25,219 bases of DNA from a virus (IMGVR_UViG_3300044674_001373:1-25219), one strand, 5' to 3'; counted from the stretch's first letter, positions 8,368 through 15,745 are shown. Translations and numbers: made by a program. Notes: a model not told the origin generated them from the sequence alone.

Positions 8368-8587
8368 ATTGTATGTCCTTGAGGCGTTGTGATATCTCCC
8401 ACACGCCCTGGCTTTGTTCCTGTCCCTGTAGATACACTCGGGCGTTGTCCAAGTCCGCCTTGCTCCTGTGCCTGAACCACTCCACGTACTGATCACGTGT
8501 GTTGAACCATATGGGGAAGCCCGCGGGCACTGGTGCCCCAAGTTCCACCAATAGCCTCTGTGCCTGATACTGCCGTGCCCCGCTCAT
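8348..8587 (-). CDS. Hypothetical protein
   Basis: 79 aa, ATGA overlap with the upstream gene. Confidence 0.65.
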   Translation of the reverse strand: MSGARQYQAQRLLVELGAPVPAGFPIWFNTRDQYVEWFRHRSKADLDNARVYLQGQEQSQGVWEISQRLKDIQYEVNTI

Positions 8588-8826
8588 CGCGTCGTGCCCG
8601 ACGCTTCAGCGTCGTCCCCCGCGTTAGACAGCAGTGCGGCCAATACGTCCGCTATGGCCCGAGTGTGTGCCCCAGGGTGTATATTGACGCCGGATACTTG
8701 GCGATCGAATATGATCAGGCTGGGGCCACGCTCGCTTGACTCCAACTGCGATCGAGCACGTGTGATCGTACAGCCGGGTTCAAAGTCTGTCTGGGTGTAA
8801 ATGTTGATGCCCTTGTATTGTTCCAT
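8584..8826 (-). CDS. Hypothetical protein (80 aa; start reassigned)
   Basis: RBS GGGGAG before ATG at 8826 (MEQYKGINIY...). Confidence 0.7.
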   Translation of the reverse strand: MEQYKGINIYTQTDFEPGCTITRARSQLESSERGPSLIIFDRQVSGVNIHPGAHTRAIADVLAALLSNAGDDAEASGTTR

Positions 8827-8933
8827 TATGATCTCCCCACACTGGGGCACACGATTGAAACTGGGAATTGACCCATAACTGATGTGCCCCGTGTTGGTCT
8901 GTTTATAGAGTTTAAAAAAATAAACATAGTGTC

Positions 8934-8962
8934 ATTGTAGCACGTTTGAGCAAATGTGTCAA
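8934..8962 (-). promoter_or_regulatory. sigma70 promoter (extended -10)
   Basis: TTGACA (8962-8957), 17 bp, TG-C-TACAAT (8939-8934). Confidence 0.85.
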
Positions 8963-9065
8963 GGCCCCAATTGTGATTAATTTTTACAACGCAACTGGGC
9001 CGTGTCTCCGATGTCATTTCAAGCGACGCCACTCTATGCCGCCCTCGTGTCAATTTCTTGATTGT

Positions 9066-9154
9066 GTATGGCGTGTGCCCGTGAGGGGTAGCCCTTGCTC
9101 ACCCTGGGAACTCGTGTGCCACACACGCCATACTTTATAAGAGCAAAGCACACG
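9066..9154. other. Intergenic stem-loop with alternative pairings
   Basis: 12-bp perfect inverted repeat GTATGGCGTGTG (9066-9077)/CACACGCCATAC (9122-9133) with an inner GTGAG...CTCAC stem. Extra GCACACG at 9148-9154. Confidence 0.6.
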
Positions 9155-9164
9155 GTCCCGTTCA

Positions 9165-9368
9165 TTAACTCTGTTTCACCTCGTTAGTCATTAGTGTCTT
9201 GAATCGCCTAGCACCCACTCGCTGTCGTGCCAACTCCTCTATGGTGCTGGGGTCATCGGTCTCCACCACAAAGTCATTCACCACTGGTTGCTTGTCCGTG
9301 TTGTATGTCCTGTAGTATGGGTGCGAGTCGTAGTGCTCCGTATATACTTTGTATATCTTGTACGCCAT
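9165..9368 (-). CDS. Hypothetical protein
   Basis: 67 aa, RBS AAGGAGG, TAATG coupling. Confidence 0.8.
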   Translation of the reverse strand: MAYKIYKVYTEHYDSHPYYRTYNTDKQPVVNDFVVETDDPSTIEELARQRVGARRFKTLMTNEVKQS

Positions 9369-9679
9369 TACTGGTCCTCCTTCAGTATGTCCAACAGCAC
9401 TTCCTTGCTGTTGCCATAGTCCAATACTGCTTGATACTGCTGTTGTGTCAGTGTAAAGTCTAGGTCGCCGTCCTCGAAGTCGGAGTCGTGATCTACCTCA
9501 TATGTGTTGTGATCAAACGTGCTGTGTATGTACTCCGCTTGGGGCCAACTTATCCTCGTGTGCTGGTCCCCGGGCTTGGAATCGTTCGCTCTCATTGTGA
9601 TGTACATACCCCTTGTTTTGTCTTGATCGAAGCAGGCCGTCATTGTGTCCGCAACGTGTTGTCTCAATTTGCCGTACAT
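9368..9679 (-). CDS. Hypothetical acidic protein
   Basis: 103 aa, RBS AGGAGG, TAATG coupling. Confidence 0.8.
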   Translation of the reverse strand: MYGKLRQHVADTMTACFDQDKTRGMYITMRANDSKPGDQHTRISWPQAEYIHSTFDHNTYEVDHDSDFEDGDLDFTLTQQQYQAVLDYGNSKEVLLDILKEDQ

Positions 9680-9870
9680 TACTTGACCTCCTGTATGGTT
9701 GTGTCAGCGTTGTACAGCTCCTGGTTGTGCTCCAGGGCCATATAGCAGTCCGCCTCGTCATACGCTTGATCCCAATCCTGGGCCTCCACGTAAAACTCTA
9801 TGTGCTCGCTGTCGTTGGTCTCATTGTCCCATAACAGCGTCATCACTTTGTATCTTTTGTTTGTGTTCAT
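9679..9870 (-). CDS. Hypothetical acidic protein (63 aa; start may instead be 9909)
   Basis: RBS AAGGA before ATG at 9870 (MNTNKRYKV...). First gene after the promoter at 9930-9963. Confidence 0.7.
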   Translation of the reverse strand: MNTNKRYKVMTLLWDNETNDSEHIEFYVEAQDWDQAYDEADCYMALEHNQELYNADTTIQEVK

Positions 9871-9929
9871 TTGTCTTGTCCTTTGTAGTATAGTGCCCGT
9901 ATGCTTCATTGCGTACTATTAACACTATG

Positions 9930-9963
9930 TATTTATAATAGCACACAACACACAAGATGTCAA
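9930..9963 (-). promoter_or_regulatory. Composite sigma70/TATAAATA promoter
   Basis: TTGACA (9963-9958), 17 bp, TG-C-TATTAT (9940-9935), overlapping a perfect TATAAATA (9937-9930). Confidence 0.85.
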
Positions 9964-10029
9964 GCGTCAAAACCCCCATAAAAGACACTTTTTTGACGAT
10001 TTTTTTACCATTTTTTCTGTTTCCTAGGC

Positions 10030-10057
10030 TTGACAGGGCGGAAAAGTGTGCTATAAT
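10030..10057 (+). promoter_or_regulatory. Divergent sigma70 promoter with no downstream sense ORF
   Basis: TTGACA (10030-10035), 16 bp, TG-C-TATAAT (10052-10057). Same GTGCTA signature as the other early promoters. Confidence 0.75.
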
Positions 10058-10228
10058 CGGGCTCAACAGGGCTTTTACGCTGTAAAACGTTGAAATCATT
10101 GAATCTTTTGTGTTTAAACAAAGTTAGACGGGGCCGGGCAAATACCCATACTATATCAACCCTTCTGTAGTAGCCATTTAACCTTCTGTGTGTGCTCTTT
10201 ACCAACCTAAACGTCTTGTAATCGCCTG

Positions 10229-10987
10229 CTAATCTTGGCTCAAATTCAAACGTTCAAGCATACTCTCGAGATTGTGTGTGCCCTGCTTTACTGCTCGCTT
10301 TAAGGGCTGTTCTTGGTAAGCGTACTGCTGTTGCCGGTCAAACACGTCTGCCACCGCGGGTGTTGTGTCATAGTCAGTGTGTTTCATCCCCACTATGCCG
10401 TTGTAAGTGTCTAGCACCGTGTTGTCCTTGCTGGTGTGTATCGTGAGGTTGTGTATGGTGTTCAGTGTGTTCAGTTTGCGTTTGATGTCCGTGATGTCAG
10501 CGCCACAGCCAAGATTGGTCTTTACGCCACCCAGTCCCTTGGCCCTACTGCGTGTGTCCCGGCGTTGCTTGGCCTCTGCCTCGGTGTAGTCCATATGTAG
10601 CACGTGTATGGGTGCTGACTCACTCAGTGTGTGGAACAGCTCCAGGCTTTGGTGATACAGCCCCTCGAATGCCAGGTGTGCGCCGTGTTGCGTGGCCCAT
10701 TTGGCCCATTGCTCTATGCTACGGCTTGACTTGACGTAGTCCCCGCCCTCCATATTGTGCGTGATGTACCAGTCCTGTCCGGGTGCCTTGGTGCCGCTGT
10801 ATGATCCCACCACCCAGCAGTCCTGTCGGGGCGTGTGTGCGGTCGTGTCGTCCCAGCATCTCGTGAGTAGCGCCTGTCCCGTGGTGGTGCTCTTGAGGAA
10901 CACCCTGCTGTGTGTGTAGCTCTGCTTTATGGTGCGTATGGCGTGGCTCTTGCCAGATCCGCTAGTGCCCAGTGCTGTTATGTACAT
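10229..10987 (-). CDS. P-loop nucleotide/DNA kinase-like protein (start reassigned)
   Basis: N-terminal Walker A GTSGSGKS, then VVGSY...EGGD...FEG motifs reminiscent of the P-loop kinases linked to thymidine hypermodification. ATG at 10987 follows GCGGGGA. Confidence 0.7.
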   Translation of the reverse strand: MYITALGTSGSGKSHAIRTIKQSYTHSRVFLKSTTTGQALLTRCWDDTTAHTPRQDCWVVGSYSGTKAPGQDWYITHNMEGGDYVKSSRSIEQWAKWATQHGAHLAFEGLYHQSLELFHTLSESAPIHVLHMDYTEAEAKQRRDTRSRAKGLGGVKTNLGCGADITDIKRKLNTLNTIHNLTIHTSKDNTVLDTYNGIVGMKHTDYDTTPAVADVFDRQQQYAYQEQPLKRAVKQGTHNLESMLERLNLSQD

Positions 10988-11000
10988 AAAATCCCCGCCA

Positions 11001-11040
11001 TATTTACCTGTAGTATAGCACACTACTCAAAATGTGTCAA
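11001..11040 (-). promoter_or_regulatory. Tandem sigma70/TAAATA promoter
   Basis: TTGACA (11040-11035), 17 bp, TG-C-TATACT (11017-11012), followed by GGTAAATA (11008-11001). Confidence 0.85.
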
Positions 11041-11095
11041 TGACTGCTGTGCGTCGTTGTGTGTAAGTCTATGTGGGGGTTTGTGCGTGGGCTTT

Positions 11096-11282
11096 GGGGC
11101 CTGGTCCGCTCCTGTATAAGCACGTGTAAGAATCGCGGGGTTGGCCCCTGGGCCTTGTGCGGCGCTGTGGGTTGTGATATGCCTCACTAGGAACACAGCG
11201 CCTAAACCGGACAGCATACGTCTTGCCTCTATCGAGTACAAAGGAGTGTTTCAGTATGGCGAACTGAAAGTGCTTCCCGGCA
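11096..11282 (-). ncRNA. Candidate structured ncRNA downstream of TAAATA (11294-11289)
   Basis: Stems TTTCAGT/ACTGAAA (11249-11269), GGCGCTGTG/CACAGCGCC (11161-11202), GGGGCC/GGCCCC (11096-11148), enclosing CCGG pair (11207-11210/11277-11280). No credible ORF. Confidence 0.4.
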
Positions 11283-11668
11283 TAAAATTATTTAGCGTGG
11301 GCAAACTCACATAAGTAAAAATGTTAGGCACACTTTAGGCACGTTCAACAACACACATAGATGACAGCCAAGGCAACAAGGAGTTTTACACACCCTCTGA
11401 ATTGTGTAGAGTACTAGGGCTGTATGTACGCCCCTGTTAGGCAAGGACAGGTTAAACAAATGGGCAGTCAATGACGGGACTTTTTGGAAATTTTGGGTCC
11501 CGTGCTTTGCTACAATCAAGCGGACCAACAGGCGAGTAGCAATTTGGAAATAGCCATCCCCGAGGGGGGTGCGTGTGATACGGAACACCCAGCACGCGGC
11601 AATTGGTGAATCGTTGGTCATCTGTGAGATGTATTTTTAGCATTCTTGCTAAAAGTCATCTACCTTGA

Positions 11669-11730
11669 AAAGAAGAAGTGAGAAACGCGTGAGTGTTTCT
11701 CAATTGAGTGCTTTAGCACTCATCTTCTTT
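11669..11730. other. Branched (three-way) inverted-repeat structure
   Basis: Outer stem AAAGAAGA/TCTTCTTT encloses hairpins TGAGAAAC/GTTTCTCA (11679-11702) and TGAGTGC/GCACTCA (11705-11722). Confidence 0.65.
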
Positions 11731-11736
11731 GAACCT

Positions 11737-11744
11737 AGTAAATA
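11737..11744 (+). promoter_or_regulatory. TAAATA late-type promoter, probably giving a leaderless mRNA
   Basis: AGTAAATA followed by 5 nt and then ATG (11750). No Shine-Dalgarno. Confidence 0.6.
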
Positions 11745-11749
11745 TCGCT

Positions 11750-12268
11750 ATGACGTCGCACAACATAGTATGGTTCAATGGTCCCAGTGCCGGGTTCTTC
11801 ATACACACCCTACAGAAACAGCACTGCGAGATCGGCTGTAATCACATATACCGAGACAGGAACGTTGATCACGTGGTCGTGTTCGATCAACAGATGTTTC
11901 AGCACATACGGAGGGGATCACACACGCTATGGACCAAGAGCGGCAACAAGCACCCGGACTTCAAAGAGATTGGCTACCCACTGCGACTACAACCACACAA
12001 CAGCGGCGTTTTGGCGTTGAGGCTGGCCATAAATCTCAAGCTGGAGCACGTGTTCGTGGTTGGCTGTGATTGGGGCGTGTCAAACGTCAGCAGATATGAC
12101 TATGGCGCCAGGAACAGCGAGCTCAAATACACGAATGGTCAGAAGAGGATAGTACGGGAGATGAACAGGGAGATAGACATCACGTTCGTGAGCGCCAACA
12201 GCGATCCCATAGACGTGCCGTGTGCTACAATCGAACCTTCAGCGTTCTTGCGTTGCCTAGATAGTTAG
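11750..12268 (+). CDS. MptE/DUF115 (MAF_flag10)/sialyltransferase-like Rossmannoid transferase
   Basis: Motifs NGPS, IGCN, VVVFD, NSGVLALRLA, FVVGCDW. The only convincing plus-strand gene. Confidence 0.7.
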   Translation: MTSHNIVWFNGPSAGFFIHTLQKQHCEIGCNHIYRDRNVDHVVVFDQQMFQHIRRGSHTLWTKSGNKHPDFKEIGYPLRLQPHNSGVLALRLAINLKLEHVFVVGCDWGVSNVSRYDYGARNSELKYTNGQKRIVREMNREIDITFVSANSDPIDVPCATIEPSAFLRCLDS

Positions 12269-12431
12269 ATTCAAACTTACAGGTATGATTATTGCCACCC
12301 TGACAGGTGTGCGTGTTAGGCGGCTTGCCCCTCGTGGGTCTGCCCGTGGTCTTGCTCACGTGCCTCCTTGTCTTCGTACATCTGAAAGTGCCCAGTTGTT
12401 CCGCTAAAGCCGTGAATTTAGCGGGGTCCAT
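12225..12431 (-). CDS. Small basic Cys/His-containing protein
   Basis: 68 aa, RBS TAAGGA, last gene of the tail operon, 44-nt convergent overlap with 11750..12268. Confidence 0.55.
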   Translation of the reverse strand: MDPAKFTALAEQLGTFRCTKTRRHVSKTTGRPTRGKPPNTHTCQGGNNHTCKFESNYLGNARTLKVRL

Positions 12432-12437
12432 ATGTCC

Positions 12438-12869
12438 TTAACTTGCTACTTCTGTGTTGTCAGAGAAGTATCTCCACACGCCGCCCGCGTAATACACCGG
12501 TGTATCCACCGTGCTGTCTCCATCACTGGCCATAGCGATCATACCGTCCTGGAGGTCGCCCCTGGCGTAGAGCTGTGCCCTGGTCTGCGGGTTTAACTTG
12601 ATCACGCTGTTGATGTTTAGACGACCCGTGTTGGGTGTCAGCGTTAGGTCTGCGGAACTGCTTGATATTATGGTGTCCGGCAGTTGGGTGTTGGTGATCT
12701 TGCTTGATGCGTTCAATCCCGCAACGCCACTGGCCTCATTACGTCCGTTAATGATGTTTGTTATCTCGTCCAGCGCCGCTTTGAGGTCAGCCCTCGCTGA
12801 TGCTGGGTTGTCTGTGCCCGAGTCTAGATTTGCTGTTGATATGTTGTTTGCGTTAGTTGGCCAAGCCAT
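12438..12869 (-). CDS. Virion tail accessory protein (shared WP...DSGTDNP N-terminal domain)
   Basis: MAWPTNANNISTANLDSGTDNPASARADLKAALDEITNII, paralogous to the N-termini of 567..1334 and 1..562. RBS CAGGAG. Confidence 0.75.
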   Translation of the reverse strand: MAWPTNANNISTANLDSGTDNPASARADLKAALDEITNIINGRNEASGVAGLNASSKITNTQLPDTIISSSSADLTLTPNTGRLNINSVIKLNPQTRAQLYARGDLQDGMIAMASDGDSTVDTPVYYAGGVWRYFSDNTEVAS

Positions 12870-12889
12870 CTTCTATCTCCTGTTTGTTG

Positions 12890-12897
12890 TATTTACA
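12890..12897 (-). promoter_or_regulatory. TAAATA late-type promoter
   Basis: TGTAAATA in the 30-bp gap upstream of the RBS of 12438..12869. Confidence 0.6.
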
Positions 12898-12899
12898 CA

Positions 12900-13772
12900 C
12901 TACACTCTCACCACGTTGCCTGCGATGTCCATAGCCGCCAAGGGCAGTCCCTTGACCAACAGATCCACCGTGCTATTCACGTCTTCTCCCGTGTTGGGTT
13001 TGAGCAGTTGTATGGTTATTGTTGTTGATACCACGCTGTTGGTGTTAGCACTGACGAATCTGCCCAGGGGCAGTGTCGTGATCGTGATCTCCGTGGAGGC
13101 ATCACTGGACACGTAGTCTGAATTGACGTAGTTGTCCGCCACATAGATGCCACCCCCCGCGGTCTCCTCGTCATCTGTTATGGTCAGCGTTGGCGTTATC
13201 CCCACGTAATTCACCGAGCTGTATATCTTACGCAATGGTACAACCCTCGTGGTGCTTGATCCATCATCAACGGTGCTGGTGTCGAAGTTTTCCACAATCT
13301 CCTCCTGCGGTTCAGTGTCCAGCGTGATGTCAAACCCAGTAAATCCCTGGGGTGCTGTGTTGATGCCGCTGTTGATGTTGAATGTAAATCTGTAGTACCT
13401 AAACTTGCCTATCGTGCTGAAGTACGGGTCCGTGTCCTTGGTCAGCGTGATGCTACTTACGCCACTGCTCATATTGGCCACGTTGCTACCCTCTATGGTT
13501 ATGCTGGGCTTGTCATCTTCGAGGAACGCGGCGGTGCTGGTCGTGCCATCCCTCAATGTTGTTATAGTGATCAGGGGCAAAACGGTAGCTTCCGAGCCGA
13601 AGTCTATGATGTCCGTGGTGAATTCAACCGTTGTGGAGGTTGATAGATTCTGATACCATCCCGTCCAGTTGTCCCAAGTGCTGTACGGCGCTGATCCCAA
13701 GTCATCCCAAGTCAAACTGTCCTTGGGCAAGTAAATTCCCTGTCCTGCGTCAAAAAAACCTGTCTTTGCCAT
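12900..13772 (-). CDS. Tail tip-associated structural protein
   Basis: 290 aa, acidic and T/S-rich, W-repeat (TWDDL...TWDNWTGW) and FRYYRF motif. Follows the tip protein. Confidence 0.65.
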   Translation of the reverse strand: MAKTGFFDAGQGIYLPKDSLTWDDLGSAPYSTWDNWTGWYQNLSTSTTVEFTTDIIDFGSEATVLPLITITTLRDGTTSTAAFLEDDKPSITIEGSNVANMSSGVSSITLTKDTDPYFSTIGKFRYYRFTFNINSGINTAPQGFTGFDITLDTEPQEEIVENFDTSTVDDGSSTTRVVPLRKIYSSVNYVGITPTLTITDDEETAGGGIYVADNYVNSDYVSSDASTEITITTLPLGRFVSANTNSVVSTTITIQLLKPNTGEDVNSTVDLLVKGLPLAAMDIAGNVVRV

Positions 13773-13773
13773 A

Positions 13774-15744
13774 CTATGATCCTAACTGACTCGCTCCTAT
13801 CGTTGTCTTTAAGTTGTTCGTGATGGGGTCTGAACTCAACTGACCACCACTCTGTTCATATGTTTCAGCCACGGTGTGATTCAGTGCTGTAGTGAAATCA
13901 CTTACCCTGTTCAATTCATTCCGCACCCTAACCCTCACGTCGTAGCTCTCGCCCAACGCCACTGGACTTATGATCGCCTGTGTGTCTGATGTTTCTAGCA
14001 CGGTAAAGAATGTTGTGTCGCTACTCTTCTTGTATTGTACTATGTAATTGACCACAAACGGATCTGACGTAGCCGTCCAATTCACCTTTAATCTCCTAAT
14101 TGTGTTGCCCTCGCTGTCTATGAGATTGAAGCTTGACCCACTGCTCAACGTCAAACTGCTTACCCCATCAACCTGTAAGGGATTAGGTAAGTTTATAGTT
14201 GGTTTCTCTGGCGCCACACTCTTGGCCTGTACTGCGTAGTCGGCGCTGTTGTGTTGTGTGCCGGTGAATGCTATCTGTCCCTGTGATGTTAGATCAACGC
14301 TCTGTATTCTAAAGATGCTGTCCAGGCTAATGTTGTCATTCACCACCCTCACTAAATCACCCACGCTGATCGTGGCCGTGTCCGTGGTTGTCTGTAGAGA
14401 TATGGTCTGATTGGTCCTGCTCTTCTTAACCATCACCTCTGCCATTTGTAGAGCCTGCTCCCTGTTGGTGATCATATTGAACGTGTATTTCTTCTCTAGC
14501 CTTATACCGTCTTCTGCTAAAAATGTTAAATCATCAGCACTACCGTCCTCGGGATACACCACCTGTTCTGCTTGGTAGTCAGCGTCTGGATCAACAAACG
14601 TTAGCACCGCCCTGTTGATCTTGTTCTTCTTGCTGGGTGCCTGTAGCGACACGCCGCCAACTATGTGATCAGTTGTTATGGTGTAAGAAGTGCTGGGATC
14701 CGCTGGGGTCGCCGTGATGTCCGTGTCGTCGCCACCGTGTTCTATTTTTAAATGGTACTGCCCTATCTGGTAAGGCATTATACCCCTGAAACTGCTCAAC
14801 AGCATCTTTGTGTTGTTCATTAACGTCTGTCCTGAATCAACTACAGAGTCAGTGGTGAATGCTTTGCCTGTGGTCGTGTCCGTGTAATCTACGACCTGAT
14901 CACACAGGTCTGCCGCTACTTTGAAACTTGTGAAGTCGAAGCTGTCGTTGGGTAGTCCCTTGCCGTATCTCGGGTTCCTCATATAGTCCAACAGCACACT
15001 GACTGAGTTGTTTGTGAATGTTGTGGTCTCGTTGCCGTATGTGGTCGAGTGCGATGCTGTGAGTGTTGTAGCATCAAAAACTTTCTTGCCCTGTAGTAAA
15101 ATGTTGATCTTGGGCATTCCCCTATATGGGTTGTTGTCCGCGTCTTCCTGTGTCTCAATCTTCTTCCATTCAAACCTACACGCCACGTAAGCCAATCCCG
15201 ATAGCGTATGATCTGAACTCCAGTTGGGTGTCTCTTGTAGCAGAGAACTAACCGGCTGCGAGTCCCTGCCGTCAAAGAACTGTACCTTTAGCCTATCGCT
15301 GTATGGTCCCGAGCTCGGTGTCGCTTGTGTGTTATGGGCATATGAGTTAAGGGGCACCTCGTTGTCATCGAGATACAACTTGGTGTAGCCATTTACCTGT
15401 CCCTCACTCACTACGAGTGCTATGTACAGATATTTGTTGTTTGAGCCGTCCGTGCTTATAAACACACGACTGCCACCAACCCTACGTGTGCCATACACTA
15501 TGGGAACTGGATTTACGGCGCTGTCTTTATTGACCAAAACGCCTTGTATTGCTTGAGCCTGTGCTTGTTCGATTCCCGGCGCACCCATATCCATACCAAA
15601 AGGCATTCCCACAATGCTTAAGGCAGTCTCGAATATATCCACAGCGGCATCTACTACGATTTCAACTGCGTCAATGATTATATCAATAGCGTCTTCTACT
15701 ATGTCTATAGCATCTTCAATTATCTCGCCTGGACTTGGGCACAT
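13774..15744 (-). CDS. Tail tip/central tail (lambda gpJ-like, host specificity) protein with FN3-like C-terminus
   Basis: PVPIVYGTRRVGG, VVSEGQV, LSGLAYV, LLDYMRNPRYGKG motifs and a C-terminal FN3 pattern (W...Y.VQY...Y.VRVR). RBS AAGGAG supports the start at 15744 (MCPSP...). Confidence 0.85.
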   Translation of the reverse strand: MCPSPGEIIEDAIDIVEDAIDIIIDAVEIVVDAAVDIFETALSIVGMPFGMDMGAPGIEQAQAQAIQGVLVNKDSAVNPVPIVYGTRRVGGSRVFISTDGSNNKYLYIALVVSEGQVNGYTKLYLDDNEVPLNSYAHNTQATPSSGPYSDRLKVQFFDGRDSQPVSSLLQETPNWSSDHTLSGLAYVACRFEWKKIETQEDADNNPYRGMPKINILLQGKKVFDATTLTASHSTTYGNETTTFTNNSVSVLLDYMRNPRYGKGLPNDSFDFTSFKVAADLCDQVVDYTDTTTGKAFTTDSVVDSGQTLMNNTKMLLSSFRGIMPYQIGQYHLKIEHGGDDTDITATPADPSTSYTITTDHIVGGVSLQAPSKKNKINRAVLTFVDPDADYQAEQVVYPEDGSADDLTFLAEDGIRLEKKYTFNMITNREQALQMAEVMVKKSRTNQTISLQTTTDTATISVGDLVRVVNDNISLDSIFRIQSVDLTSQGQIAFTGTQHNSADYAVQAKSVAPEKPTINLPNPLQVDGVSSLTLSSGSSFNLIDSEGNTIRRLKVNWTATSDPFVVNYIVQYKKSSDTTFFTVLETSDTQAIISPVALGESYDVRVRVRNELNRVSDFTTALNHTVAETYEQSGGQLSSDPITNNLKTTIGASQLGS

Positions 15745-15745
15745 A

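Noticed and set aside
10136-10145. GGGCAAATAC shared with the scaffold leader (24046-24037, minus strand)
   Set aside because: A single 10-mer match is compatible with chance in 25 kb.
9821-10205. Minus-strand ORFs 9821..10099 and 10005..10205
   Set aside because: They run across two clear promoters, have no RBS and show non-protein-like composition.
11023-11643. ORFs 11023..11241, 11307..11621 and 11452..11643
   Set aside because: Weak starts, mutual overlap and no SD. The region is better explained as structured non-coding DNA.
8963-11730. tRNA, known ribozyme or riboswitch in the hairpin-rich intergenic regions
   Set aside because: No T-loop/D-loop cloverleaf or hammerhead core was recognised. 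Left as unassigned candidates.
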